Source: Balanoglossus misakiensis
Lineage: Eukaryota > Animalia > Hemichordata
Assembly: GCA_040954595.2 (NCBI GenBank)
Contig: CM082593.2
Coordinates: 9,247,200 to 9,311,199 of the forward strand
Length of the DNA: 64,000 bases
Reading direction: 5' to 3'
How positions within the stretch are numbered: position 1 is the first letter of the stretch; every line of letters begins with the position of its first letter. The notes beneath the pieces are model-generated. The model ran no database searches. It worked only from the letters and a program-made list of their open reading frames with translations, and had not been told where the DNA came from. This document shows positions 11,301 to 26,900 of this stretch, piece by piece. The position numbers and the translations under genes are program-made.

Positions 11301-14300
11301 GCAATCACTTCACTTTGACATGGGTATTAAATGAATATGGGGATTTCAAGTTGATGATAAATCCCTGGGTTAATACGTGTCCAAAAGCACTGTACTTTGA
11401 TATTGCTAATGTAACGATGACATTGAATCTGATTCTTTGCATCAGGGTAAATGGCGTAGCAAGCTTTATGATGCATCAGGGTAGATAGTGATGCAAACAC
11501 TTCACTTTCACATGGGTATTAAATGCATATGGGGATTTCAGGTTGTTGAAAAATCTGTGGGTTAATACGTGGCGGAAAGCACTGTACTTCGATATTGCAT
11601 ATGCAATGGTGACATTGAATGGGATTGTTTGCATTAGGGCAAATGGCGAAGCAAGCTCAATGATGCATCAGAGTAGATGGTGATGCAAACTCTGCACTTT
11701 CACATGGGTATTTAATGTTAAATGTAAATCCATAGGTTAATACGTGGCCAAAAGCACTCTAATTTGACATTTCTAATGAAACGATGACATTGAATCTGAT
11801 TCTCTGCATCAGGGCAAATGGCGAAGCAAGGTTGATGATGCATCAGGGTAGATAGTGATGCAATCACTTCACTTTGACATTGGTATTAAATGCATATGGG
11901 GATTTCAAGTTGATGATAAATCCCTGGGTTAATACGTGTCCAAAAGCACTGTACTTTGGCATTGCTAATGCAACGATGACATTGAATCTGATTCTTTGCA
12001 TCAGGGTATATGGCGTAGCAAGCTTTATGATGCATCAGGGTAGATAGTGATGCAAACACTTCACTTTGACATGGGTATTAAATGTATATGGGGATTTCAG
12101 GTTGTTGAAAAATCTGTGGGTTAATACGTGTCCAAAAGCACTGTACTTTGACATTGCTAATGCAACGATGACATTGAATCTGATTCTTTGCATCAGGGTA
12201 AATGGCGTAGCAAGCTTTATGACGCATCAGGGTAGATAGTGATGCAAACACTTCACTTTGACATGGGTATAAAATGCCTACAGGGGGATTTAAAGTTGTC
12301 TGTAAATCCCTGGGTTAATACGTGGCTGAAAGCACTGTACTTTGACATTGCATATGCAATGGTGACATTGAATGGGATTCTTTGCATTAGGGCAAATGGC
12401 GAAGCAAGCTCAATGATGCATCAGAGTAGATGGTGATGCAAACTCTGCACTTTCACATGGGTATTTAATGTTAAATGTAAATCCATAGGTTAATACGTGG
12501 CCAAAAGCACTCTAATTTGACATTGCTAATGCAACGATGACATTGAATCTGATTCTTTGCATCTGGGCAAATGGCGAAGCAAGGTTGGTGATGCATCAGG
12601 GTAGATAGTGATGCAATCACTTCACTTTGACATGGGTATTAAATGCATATGGGGATTTCAAGTTGATGATAAATCCCTGGGTTAATACGTGTCCAAAAGC
12701 ACTGTACTTTGACATTGCTAATGTAACGATGACATTGAATCTGATTCTTTGCATCAGGGTAAATGGCGTAGCAAGCTTTATGATGCATCAGGGTAGATAG
12801 TGATGCAAACACTTCACTTTGACATGGGTATTAAATGCATATGGGGATTTCAGGTTGTTGAAAAATCTGTGGGTTAATACGTGTCGAAAAGCACTGTACT
12901 TTGACATTGCTAATGCAATGATGACATTGAATCTGATTCTTTGCATCAGGGTAAATGGCGAAGCAAGGTTGATTATGCATCAGGGTAGATAGTGATACAA
13001 GCCCTTCACTTTGACATGTGTATAAAATGCCTACAGGGGGATTTAAAGTTGTCTGTAAATCCCTGGGTTAATACGTGTCTAAAAGCACTGTACTTTGACA
13101 TTGCTAATGCAACGATGACATTGAATCTGATTCTTTGCATCAGGGTAAATGGCGAAGCAAGGTTGATTATGCATCAGGGTAGATAGTGATGCAAGCTCTG
13201 CACTTTGACATGGGTATAAAATGCCTACAGGGGGATTTAAAGTTGTCTGTAAATCCCTGGGTTAATATGTGGCGGAAAGCACTGTACTTTGACATTGCAT
13301 ATGCAATGGTGACATTGAATGGGATTCTTTGCATTAGGGCAAATGGCGAAGCAAGCTCAATTATGCATCAGAGTAGATGGTGATGCAAACTCTGCAATTT
13401 CACATGGGTATTTAATGTTAAATGTAAATCCATAGGTTAATACGTGGCCAAAAGCACTCTAATTTGACATTGCTAATGCAACGATGACATTGAATCTGAT
13501 TCTTTGCATCAGGGTAAATGGCGTAGCAAGCTTTATGATGCATCAGGGTAGATAGTGATGCAAACACTTCACTTTGTCATGGGTATTAAATGCATATGGG
13601 GATTTCAGGTTGTTGAAAAATCTGTGGGTTAATACGTGTCCAAAAGCACTGTACTTTGACATTGCTAATGCAACGATGACATTGAATCTGATTCTTTGCA
13701 TCAGGGTAAATGGCGTAGCAAGCTTTATGACGCATCAGGGTAGATAGTGATGCAAACACTTCACTTTGACATGGGTATAAAAAGCATACAGGGGGATTTA
13801 AAGTTGTCTGTAAATCCCTGGGTTAATACGTGTCCAAAAACACTGTACTTTGACATTGCTAATGCAGTGATGACATTGAATCTGATTCTTTGCATCAGGG
13901 TAAATGGCAAAGCAAGGTTGATGATGCATCAGGGTAGATAGTGATGCAAGCTCTGCACTTTGACATGGGTATAAAATGCCTACAGGGGGATTTAAAGTTG
14001 TCTGTAAATCCCTGGGTTAATACGTGGCTGAAAGCACTGTACTTTGACATTGCATATGCAATGGTGACATTGAATGGGATTCTTTGCATTAGGGCAAATG
14101 GCGAAGCAAGCTCAATGATGCATCAGAGTAGATGGTGATGCAAACTCTGCACTTTCACATGGGTATTTAATGTTAAATGTAAATCCATAGGTTAATACGT
14201 GGCCAAAAGCACTCTAATTTGACATTGCTAATGCAACGATGACATTGAATCTGATTCTTTGCATCAGGGCAAATGGCGAAGCAAGGTTGATGATGCATCA

Positions 14301-17297
14301 GGATAGATAGTGATGCAATCACTTCACTTTGACATGGGTATTAAATGCATATGGGGATTTCAAGTTGATGATAAATCCCTGGGTTAATACGTGTCCAAAA
14401 GCACTGTACTTTGACATTGCTAATGTAACGATGACATTGAATCTGATTCTTTGCATCAGGGTAAATGGCGTAGCAAGCTTTATGATGCATCAGGGTAGAT
14501 AGTGATGCAAACACTTCACTTTGACATGGGTATTAAATGTATATGGGGATTTCAGGTTGTTGAAAAATCTGTGGGTTAATACGTGTCGAAAAGCACTGTA
14601 CTTTGACATTGCTAATGCAATGATGACATTGAATCTGATTCTTTGCATCAGGGTAAATGGCGTAGCAAGCTTTATGATGCATCAGGGTAGATAGTGATGC
14701 AAACACTTCACTTTGACATGGGTATAAAATGCCTACAGGGGGATTTAAAGTTGTCTGTAAATCCCTGGGTTAATACGTGGCGGAAAGCACTGTACTTTGA
14801 CATTGCATATGCAATGGTGACATTGAATGGGATTCTTTGCATTAGGGCAAATGGCGAAGCAAGCTCAATGATGCATCAGAGTAGATGGTGATGCAAACTC
14901 TGCACTTTCACATGGGTATTTAATGTTAAATGTAAATCCATAGGTTAATACGTGGCCAAAAGCACTCTAATTTGACATTGCTAATGCAACGATGACATTG
15001 AATCTGATTCTTTGCATCTGGGCAAATGGCGAAGCAAGGTTGATGATGCATCAGGGTAGATAGTGATGCAATCACTTCACTTTGACATGGGTATTAAATG
15101 CATATGGGGATTTCAAGTTGATGATAAATCCCTGGGTTAATACGTGTCCAAAAGCACTGTACTTTGACATTGCTAATGTAACGATGACATTGAATCTGAT
15201 TCTTTGCATCAGGGTAAATGGCGTAGCAATTAAGCTTTATGATGCATCAGGTCAGATAGTGATGCAAACACTTCACTTTGACATGGGTATTAAATGCATA
15301 TGGGGATTTCAGGTTGTTGAAAAATCTGTGGGTTAATACGTGTCGAAAAGCACTGTACTTTGACATTGCTAATGCAACGATGACATTGAATCTGATTCTT
15401 TGCATCAGGGTAAATGGCGAAGCAAGGTTGATGATGCATCAGGGTAGATAGTGATGCAAGCTCTGCACTTTGACATGGGTATAAAATGCCTACAGGGGGA
15501 TTTAAAGTTGTCTGTAAATCCCTGGGTTAATACGTGGCGGAAAGCACTGTACTTTGACATTGCATATGCAATGGTGACATTGAATGGGATTCTTTGCATT
15601 AGGGCAAATGGCGAAGCAAGCTCAATGATGCATCAGAGTAGATGGTGATGCAAACTCTGCACTTTCACATGGGTATTTAATGTTAAATGTAAATCCATAG
15701 GTTAATACGTGGCCAAAAGCACTCTAATTTGACATTGCTAATGCAACGATGACATTGAATCTGATTCTTTGCATCTGGGCAAATGGCGAAGCAAGGTTGA
15801 TGATGCATCAGGGTAGATAGTGATGCAATCACTTCACTTTGACATGGGTATTAAATGCATATGGGGATTTCAAGTTGATGATAAATCCCTGGGTTAATAC
15901 GTGTCCAAAAGCACTGTACTTTGACATTGCTAATGTAACGATGACATTGAATCTGATTCTTTGCATCAGGGTAAATGGCGTAGCAATTAAGCTTTATGAT
16001 GCATCAGGTCAGATAGTGATGCAAACACTTCACTTTGACATGGGTATTAAATGCATATGGGGATTTCAGGTTGTTGAAAAATCTGTGGGTTAATACGTGT
16101 CGAAAAGCACTGTACTTTGACATTGCTAATGCAATGATGACATTGAATCTGATTCTTTGCATCAGGGTAAATGGCGTAGCAAGCTTTATGATGCATCAGG
16201 GTAGATAGTGATGCAAACACTTCACTTTGACATGGGTATAAGATGCCTACAGGGGGATTTAAAGTTGTCTGTAAATTCCTGGGTTAATACGTGTCCAAAA
16301 GCACTGTACTTTGACATTGCTAATGCAACGATGACATTGAATCTGATTCTTTGCATCAGGGTAAATGGCGAAGCAAGGTTGATTATGCATCAGGGTAGAT
16401 AGTGATGCAAGCTCTGCACTTTGACATGGGTATAAAATGCCTACAGGGGGATTTAAGGTTGTCTGTAAATCCCTGGGTTAATACGTGGCGGAAAGCACTG
16501 TACTTTGACATTGCATATGCAATGGTGACATTGAATGCGATTCTTTGCATTAGGGCAAATGGCGAAGCAAGCTCAATGATGCATCAGAGTAGATGGTGAT
16601 GCAAACTCTGCACTTTCACATGGGTATTTAATGTTAAATGTAAATCCATAGGTTAATACGTGGCCAAAAGCACTCTAATTTGACATTGCTAATGCAACGA
16701 TGACATTGAATCTGATTCTTTGCATCTGGGCAAATGGCGAAGCAAGGTTGATGATGCATCAGGGTAGATAGTTATGCAATCACTTCACTTTGACATGGGT
16801 ATTAAATGCATATGGGGATTTCAAGTTGATGATAAATCCCTGGGTTAATACGTGTCCAAAAGTACTGTACTTTGACATTGCTAATGCAACGATGACATTG
16901 AATCTGATTCTTTGCATCAGGGCAAATGGCGAAGCAAGGTTGATGATGCATCAGGGTAGACAGTGATGCAATCACTTCACTTTGACATGGGTATTAAATG
17001 CATATGGGGATTTCAAGTTGATGATAAATCCCTGGGTTAATACGTGTCCAAAAGCACTGTACTTTGACATTGCTAATGTAACGATGACATTGAATCTGAT
17101 TCTTTGCATCAGGGTAAATGGCAAAGCAAGGTTGATGATGCATCAGGGTAGATAGTGATGCAAGCTCTGCACTTTGACATGGGTATAAAATGCCTACAGG
17201 GGGATTTAAAGTTGTCTGTAAATCCCTGGGTTAATACGTGGCTGAAAGCACTGTACTTTGACATTGCATATGCAATGGTGACATTGAATGGGATTCT

Positions 17298-17947
17298 TTG
17301 CATGAGAAGCTGAGATTTTGAACTTTTGTTTGAGTTGCAAATATTATTGATCCCCGGAAATGGTGGCAATTTTGGGTGAAAAAAAACATTTTTTGATATT
17401 ATGTCATGAAATTTAAAATAGGTAAAAAAGTTGACCATGCATCATGCATCTTAATATGTCATTCGAAACTAAAGTACACATGCAAAAAAACGCTAATTTT
17501 GTTTTGCGTTATCTGCTTCCATTGAGGAGTAACAGCGTTTGAAAGTTAGATTTTCTGAAAATTTGATCAAATTCACGGTGAGTTGTATTGAATCAGAGTT
17601 TATTCCCGCCAGGGACACTTTATCGACAAACAAAACTAGCGTTTTGTTGGATGGGTCATACACAATTCCCTGTCAAAATTTGAGCAAATTCGGCCAATGC
17701 AGGGCGAAGCTATTTTAGTCCGAAGTTGTCAAAAGCAGCGAAAATGCAAACCGAGAAAAACGGCCATTTGCATTGTTGACACCTATTTGTTAAGCTGTGA
17801 ACTCATTCAGAAAAGTGCTATTTGGGGGTGATTGTGCACCATTTCCGCCAAGACGTATTAGTCAGGATGTGGGTGAGTATTAGGCCTACCGATTTATGTA
17901 AAAAAGTAAAATTTGGCAAAAATCACAACTTTTCATGCAATGCCACC
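17298..17947. mobile_element. Kolobok-like MITE, copy 2 (duplicated with the surrounding satellite)
   Basis: Same sequence and same junctions as 4658-5307, at offset 12640. I noticed 3 substitutions. Confidence 0.75.
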
Positions 17948-20900
17948 TTAATGTTAAATGTAAATCCATAGGTTAATACGTGGCCAAAAGCACTCTAATT
18001 TGACATTGCTAATGCAACGATGACATTGAATCTGATTCTTTGCATCAGGGCAAATGGCGAAGCAAGGTTGATGATGCATCAGGATAGATAGTGATGCAAT
18101 CACTTCACTTTGACATGGGTATTAAATGCATATGGGGATTTCAAGTTGATGATAAATCCCTGGGTTAATACGTGTCCAAAAGCACTGTACTTTGACATTG
18201 CTAATGTAACGATGACATTGAATCTGATTCTTTGCATCAGGGTAAATGGCGTAGCAAGCTTTATGATGCATCAGGGTAGATAGTGAAGCAAACACTTCAC
18301 TTTGACATGGGTATTAAATGCATATGGGGATTTCAGGTTGTTGAAAAATCTGTGGGTTAATACGTGTCCAAAAGCATTGTACTTTGACATTGCTAATGCA
18401 ATGATGACATTGAATCTGATTCTTTGCATCAGGGTAAATGGCGTAGTAAGCTTTATGATGCATCAGGGTAGATAGTGATGCAAGCTGTGCACTTTGACAT
18501 GGGTATAAAATGCCTACAGGGGGATTTAAAGTTGTCTGTAAATCCCTGGGTTAATACGTGTCCAAAAGCACTGTACTTTGACATTGCATATGCAATGGTG
18601 ACATTGAATGGGATTCTTTGCATTAGGGCAAATGGCGAAGCAAGCTAAATGATGCATCAGAGTAGATGGTGACGAAACTCTGCACTTTCACATGGGTATT
18701 TAATGTTAAATGTAAATCCATAGGTTAATACGTGGCCAAAAGCACTCTAATTTGACATTGCTAATGCAACGATCACATTGAATCTGATTCTTTGCATCAG
18801 GGCAAATGGCGAAGCAAGGTTGATGATGCATCAGGGTAGATAGTGATGCAATCACTTCACTTTGACATGGGTATTAAATGAATATGGGGATTTCAAGTTG
18901 ATGATAAATCCCTGGGTTAATACGTGTCCAAAAGCACTGTACTTTGACATTGCTAATGTAACGATGACATTGAATCTGATTCTTTGCATCAGGGCAAATG
19001 GCGAAGCAAGGTTGATGATGCATCAGGATAGATAGTGATGCAATCACTTCACTTTGACATGGGTATTAAATGCATATGGGGATTTCAAGTTGATGATAAA
19101 TCCCTGGGTTAATACGTGTCCAAAAGCACTGTACTTTGACATTGCTAATGTAACGATGACATTGAATCTGATTCTTTGCATCAGGGTAAATGGCGTAGCA
19201 AGCTTTATGATGCATCAGGGTAGATAGTGATGCAAACACTTCACTTTGACATGGGTATTAAATGCATATGGGGATTTCAGGTTGTTGAAAATTCTGTGGG
19301 TTAATACGTGTCCAAAAGCATTGTACTTTGACATTGCTAATGCAATGATGACATTGAATCTGATTCTTTGCATCAGGGTAAATGGCGTAGTAAGCTTTAT
19401 GATGCATCAGGGTAGATAGTGATGCAAGCTCTGCACTTTGACATGGGTATAAAATGCCTACAAGGGGATTTAAAGTTGTCTGTAAATCCCTGGGTTAATA
19501 CGTGGCGGAAAGCACTGTACTGTGACATTGCATATGCAATGGTGACATTGAATGGGATTCTTTGCATTAGGGCAAATGGCGAAGCAAGCTCAATGATGCA
19601 TCAGAGTAGATGGTGATGCAAACTCTGCACTTTCACATGGGTATTTAATGTTAAATGTAAATCCATAGGTTAATACGTGGCCAAAAGCACTCTAATTTGA
19701 CATTGCTAATGCCACGATCACATTGAATCTGATTCTTTGCATCAGGGCAAATGGCGAAGCAAGGTTGATGATGCATCAGGGTAGATAGTGATGCAATCAC
19801 TTCACTTTGACATGGGTATTAAATGAATATGGGGATTTCAAGTTGATGATAAATCCCTGGGTTAATACGTGTCCAAAAGCACTGTACTTTGATATTGCTA
19901 ATGTAACGATGACATTGAATCTGATTCTTTGCATCAGGGTAAATGGCGTAGTAAGCTTTATGATGCATCAGGGTAGATAGTGATGCAAGCTCTGCACTTT
20001 GACATGGGTATAAAATGCCTACAGGGGGATTTAAAGTTGTCTGTAAATCTCTGGGTTAATACGTGGCGGAAAGCACTGTACTGTGACATTGCATATGCAA
20101 TGGTGACATTGAATGGGATTCTTTGCATTAGGGCAAATGGCGAAGCAAGCTCAATGATGCATCAGAGTAGATGGTGATGCAAACTCTGCACTTTCACATG
20201 GGTATTTAATGTTAAATGTAAATCCATAGGTTAATACGTGGCCAAAAGCACTCTAATTTGACATTGCTAATGCCACGATCACATTGAATCTGATTCTTTG
20301 CATCAGGGCAAATGGCGAAGCAAGGTTGATGATGCATCAGGGTAGATAGTGATGCAATCACTTCACTTTGACATGGGTATTAAATGAATATGGGGATTTC
20401 AAGTTGATGATAAATCCCTGGGTTAATACGTGTCCAAAAGCACTGTACTTTGATATTGCTAATGTAACGATGACATTGAATCTGATTCTTTGCATCAGGG
20501 TAAATGGCGTAGCAAGCTTTATGATGCATCAGGGTAGATAGTGATGCAAACACTTCACTTTCACATGGGTATTAAATGCATATGGGGATTTCAGGTTGTT
20601 GAAAAATCTGTGGGTTAATACGTGGCGGAAAGCACTGTACTTCGATATTGCATATGCAATGGTGACATTGAATGGGATTGTTTGCATTAGGGCAAATGGC
20701 GAAGCAAGCTCAATGATGCATCAGAGTAGATGGTGATGCAAACTCTGCACTTTCACATGGGTATTTAATGTTAAATGTAAATCCATAGGTTAATACGTGG
20801 CCAAAAGCACTCTAATTTGACATTGCTAATGCAACGATCACATTGAATCTGATTCTTTGCATCAGGGCAAATGGCGAAGCAAGGTTGATGATGCATCAGG

Positions 20901-23900
20901 GTAGATAGTGATGCAATCACTTCACTTTGACATGGGTATTAAATGCATATGGGGATTTCAAGTTGATGATAAATCCCTGGGTTAATACGTGTCCAAAAGC
21001 ACTGTACTTTGACATTGCTAATGTAACGATGACATTGAATCTGATTCTTTGCATCAGGGTAAATGGCGTAGCAAGCTTTATGATGCATCAGGGTAGATAG
21101 TGATGCAAACACTTCACTTTGACATGGGTATTAAATGCATATGGGGATTTCAAGTTGATGAAAAATCAGTGGGTCAATACGTGTCCAAAAGCACTGTACT
21201 TTGACATTGCTAATGCAATGATGACATTGGATCTGTTTCTTTGCATCAGGGTAAATGGCGTAGCAAGCTTTATGATGCATCAGGGTAGATAGTGATGCAA
21301 ACACTTCACTTTGACATGGGTATAAAATGCCTACAGGGGGATTTAAAGTTGTCTGTAAATCCCTGGGTTAATACGTGTCCAAAAGCACTGTACTTTGACA
21401 TTGCTAATGCAACGATGACATTGAATCTGATTCTTTACATCAGGGTAAATGGTGAAGCAAGGTTGATGATGCATCAGGGTAGATAGTGATGCAAGCTCTG
21501 CACTTTGACATGGGTATAAAATGCCTACAGGGGGATTTAAAGTTGTCTGTAAATCCCTGGGTTAATACGTGGCGGAAAGCACTGTACTTTGACATTGCAT
21601 ATGCAATGGTGACATTGAATGGGATTCTTTGCATTAGGGCAAATGGCGAAGCAAGCTCAATGATGCATCAGAGTAGATGGTGATGCAAACTCTGCACTTT
21701 CACATGGGTATTTAATGTTAAATGTAAATCCATAGGTTAATACGTGGCCAAAAGCACTCTAATTTGACATTGCTAATGGAACGATGACATTGAATCTGAT
21801 TCTTTGCATCTGGGCAAATGGCGAAGCAAGGTTGATGATGCATCAGGGTAGATAGTTATGCAATCACTTCACTTTGACATGGGTATTAAATGCATATGGG
21901 GATTTCAAGTTGATGATAAATCCCTGGGTTAATACGTGTCCAAAAGTACTGTACTTTGACATTGCTAATGTAACGATGACATTGAATCTGATTCTTTGCA
22001 TCAGGGCAAATGGCGAAGCAAGGTTGATGATGCATCAGGGTAGACAGTGATGCAATCACTTCACTTTGACATGGGTATTAAATGCATATGGGGATTTCAA
22101 GTTGATGATAAATCCCTGGGTTAATACGTGTCCAAAAGCACTGTACTTTGACATTGCTAATGTAACGATGACATTGAATATGATTCTTTGCATCAGGGTA
22201 AATGGCGTAGCAAGCTTTATGATGCATCAGGGTAGATAGTGATACAAACACTTCACTTTGACATGGGTATTAAATGCATATGGGGATTTCAGGTTGTTGA
22301 AAAATCTGTGGGTTAATACGTGTCGAAAAGCACTGTACTTTGACATTGCTAATGCAATGATGACATTGAATCTGATTCTTTGCATCAGGGTAAATGGCAT
22401 AGCAAGCTTTATGATGCATCAGGGTAGATAGTGATGCAAACACTTCACTTTGACATGGGTATAAAATGCCTACAGGGGGATTTAAAGTTGTCTGTAAATC
22501 CCTGGGTTAATACGTGTCCAAAAGCACTGTACTTTGACATTGCTAATGCAACGATGACATTGAATCTGATTCTTTGCATCAGGGTAAATGGCATAGCAAG
22601 CTTTATGATGCATCAGGGTAGATAGTGATGCAAGCTCTGCACTTTGACATGGGTATAAAATGCCTACTGGGGGATTTAAAGTTGTCTGTAAATCCCTGGG
22701 TTAATACGTGGCGGAAAGCACTGTACTTTGACATTGCATATGCAATGGTGACATTGAATGGGATTCTTTGCATTAGGGCAAATGGCGAAGCAAGCTCAAT
22801 GATGCATCAGAGTAGATGGTGATGCAAACTCTGCACTTTCACATGGGTATTTAATGTTAAATGTAAATCCATAGGTTAATACGTGGCCAAAAGCACTCTA
22901 ATTTGACATTGCTAATGCAACGATGACATTGAATCTGATTCTTTGCATCAGGGCAAATGGCGAAGCAAGGTTGATGATGCATCAGGATAGATAGTGATGC
23001 AATCACTTCACTTTGACATGGGTATTAAATGCATATGGGGATTTCAAGTTGATGATAAATCCCTGGGTTAATACGTGTCCAAAAGCACTGTACTTTGACA
23101 TTGCTAATGTAACGATGACATTGAATCTGATTCTTTGCATCAGGGTAAATGGCGTAGCAAGCTTTATGATGCATCAGGGTAGATAGTGATGCAAACACTT
23201 CACTTTGACATGGGTATTAAATGCATATGGGGATTTCAGGTTGTTGAAAATTCTGTGGGTTAAAACGTGTCCAAAAGCATTGTACTTTGACATTGCTAAT
23301 GCAATGATGACATTGAATCTGATTCTTTGCATCAGGGTAAATGGCGTAGTAAGCTTTATGATGCATCAGGGTAGATAGTGATGCAAGCTCTGCACTTTGA
23401 CATGGGTATAAAATGCCTACAGGGGGATTTAAAGTTGTCTGTAAATCCCTAGGTTAATACCTGGCGGAAAGCACTGTACTTTGACATTGCATATGCAATG
23501 GTGACATTGAATGGGATTCTTTGCATTAGGGCAAATGGCAAAGCAAGCTCAATGATGCATCAGAGTAGATGGTGATGCAAACTCTGCACTTTCACATGGG
23601 TATTTAATGTTAAATGTAAATCCATAGGTTAATACGTGGCCAAAAGCACTCTAATTTGACATTGCTAATGCAACGATGACATTGAATCTGATTCTTTGCA
23701 TCAGGGCAAATGGCGAAGCAAGGTTGATGATGCATCAGGATAGATAGTGATGCAATCACTTCACTTTGACATGGGTATTAAATGCATATGGGGATTTCAA
23801 GTTGATGATAAATCCCTGGGTTAATACGTGTCCAAAAGCACTGTACTTTGACATTGCTAATGTAACGATGACATTGAATCTGATTCTTTGCATCAGGGTA

Positions 23901-26900
23901 AATGGCGTAGCAAGCTTTATGATGCATCAGGGTAGATAGTGATGCAAACACTTCACTTTGACATGGGTATTAAATGCATATGGGGATTTCAGGTTGTTGA
24001 AAATTCTGTGGGTTAATACGTGTCCAAAAGCATTGTACTTTGACATTGCTAATGCAATGATGACATTGAATCTGATTCTTTGCATCAGGGTAAATGGCGT
24101 AGTAAGCTTTATGATGCATCAGGGTAGATAGTGATGCAAGCTCTGCACTTTGACATGGGTATAAAATGCCTACAGGGGGATTTAAAGTTGTCTGTAAATC
24201 CCTGGGTTAATACGTGGCGGAAAGCACTGTACTTTGACATTGCATATGCAATGGTGACATTGAATGGGATTCTTTGCATTAGGGCAAATGGCGAAGCAAG
24301 CTCAATGATGCATCAGAGTAGATGGTGATGCAAACTCTGCACTTTCACATGGGTATTTAATGTTAAATGTAAATCCATAGGTTAATACGTGGCCAAAAGC
24401 ACTCTAATTTGACATTGCTAATGCAACGATCACATTGAATCTGATTCTTTGCATCAGGGCAAATGGCGAAGCAAGGTTGATGATGCATCAGGGTAGATAG
24501 TGATGCAATCACTTCACTTTGACATGGGTATTAAATGAATATGGGGATTTCAAGTTGATGATAAATCCCTGGGTTAATACGTGTCCAAAAGCACTGTACT
24601 TTGATATTGCTAATGTAACGATGACATTGAATCTGATTCTTTGCATCAGGGTAAATGGCGTAGCAAGCTTTATGATGCATCAGGGTAGATAGTGATGCAA
24701 ACACTTCACTTTCACATGGGTATTAAATGCATATGGGGATTTCAGGTTGTTGAAAAATCTGTGGGTTAATACGTGGCGGAAAGCACTGTACTTCGATATT
24801 GCATATGCAATGGTGACATTGAATGGGATTGTTTGCATTAGGGCAAATGGCGAAGCAAGCTCAATGATGCATCAGAGTAGATGGTGATGCAAACTCTGCA
24901 CTTTCACATGGGTATTTAATGTTAAATGTAAATCCATAGGTTAATACGTGGCCAAAAGCACTCTAATTTGACATTGCTAATGCAACGATCACATTGAATC
25001 TGATTCTTTGCATCAGGGCAAATGGCGAAGCAAGGTTGATGATGCATCAGGGTAGATAGTGATGCAATCACTTCACTTTGACATGGGTATTAAATGAATA
25101 TGGGGATTTCAAGTTGATGATAAATCCCTGGGTTAATACGTGTCCAAAAGCACTGTACTTTGATATTGCTAATGTAACGATGACATTGAATCTGATTCTT
25201 TGCATCAGGGTAAATGGCGTAGCAAGCTTTATGATGCATCAGGGTAGATAGTGATGCAAACACTTCACTTTCACATGGGTATTAAATGCATATGGGGATT
25301 TCAGGTTGTTGAAAAATCTGTGGGTTAATACGTGGCGGAAAGCACTGTACTTCGATATTGCATATGCAATGGTGACATTGAATGGGATTGTTTGCATTAG
25401 GGCAAATGGCGAAGCAAGCTCAATGATGCACCAGAGTAGATGGTGATGCAAACTCTGCACTTTCACATGGGTATTTAATGTTAAATGTAAATCCATAGGT
25501 TAATACGTGGCCAAAAGCACTCTAATTTGACATTGCTAATGCAACGATCACATTGAATCTGATTCTTTGCATCAGGGCAAATGGCGAAGCAAGGTTGATG
25601 ATGCATCAGGGTAGATAGTGATGCAATCACTTCACTTTGACATGGGTATTAAATGCATATGGGGATTTCAAGTTGATGATAAATCCCTGGGTTAATACGT
25701 GTCCAAAAGCACTGTACTTTGACATTGCTAATGTAACGATGACATTGAATATGATTCTTTGCATCAGGGTAAATGGCGTAGCAAGCTTTATGATGCATCA
25801 GGGTAGATAGTGATGCAAACACTTCACTTTGACATGGGTATTAAATGCATATGGGGATTTCAGGTTGTTGAAAAATCTGTGGGTTAATACGTGTCGAAAA
25901 GCACTGTACTTTGACATTGCTAATGCAATGATGACATTGAATCTGATTGTTTGCATCAGGGTAAATGGCGTAGCAAGCTTTATGATGCATCAGGGTAGAT
26001 AGTGATGCAAACACTTCACTTTGACATGGGTATTAAATGCATATGGGGATTTCAGGTTGTTGAAAAATCTGTGGGTTAATACGTGTCGAAAAGCACTGTA
26101 CTTTGACATTGCTAATGCAATGATGACATTGAATCTGATTCTTTGCATCAGGGTAAATGGCGTAGCAAGCTTTATGATGCATCAGGGTAGATAGTGATGC
26201 AAACACTTCACTTTGACATGGGTATAAAATGCCTACAGGGGGATTTAAAGTTGTCTGTAAATCCCTGGGTTAATACGTGTCCAAAAGCACTGTACTTTGA
26301 CATTGCTAATGCAACGATGACATTGAATCTGATTCTTTGCATCAGGGTAAATGGCGAAGCAAGGTTGATGATGCATCAGGGTAGATAGTGATGCAAGCTC
26401 TGCACTTTGACATGGGTATAAAATGCCTACTGGGGGATTTAAAGTTGTCTGTAAATCCCTGGGTTAATACGTGGCGGAAAGCACTGTACTTTGACATTGC
26501 ATATGCAATGGTGACATTGAATGGGATTCTTTGCATTAGGGCAAATGGCGAAGCAAGCTCAATGATGCATCAGAGTAGATGGTGATGCAAACTCTCAACT
26601 TTCACATGGGTATTTAATGTTAAATGTAAATCCATAGGTTAATACGTGGCCAAAAGCACTCTAATTTGACATTGCTAATGCAACGATCACATTGAATCTG
26701 ATTCTTTGCATCAGGGCAAATGGCGAAGCAAGGTTGATGATGCATCAGGGTAGATAGTGATGCAATCACTTCACTTTGACATGGGTATTAAATGAATATG
26801 GGGATTTCAAGTTGATGATAAATCCCTGGGTTAATACGTGTCCAAAAGCACTGTACTTTGATATTGCTAATGTAACGATGACATTGAATCTGATTCTTTG

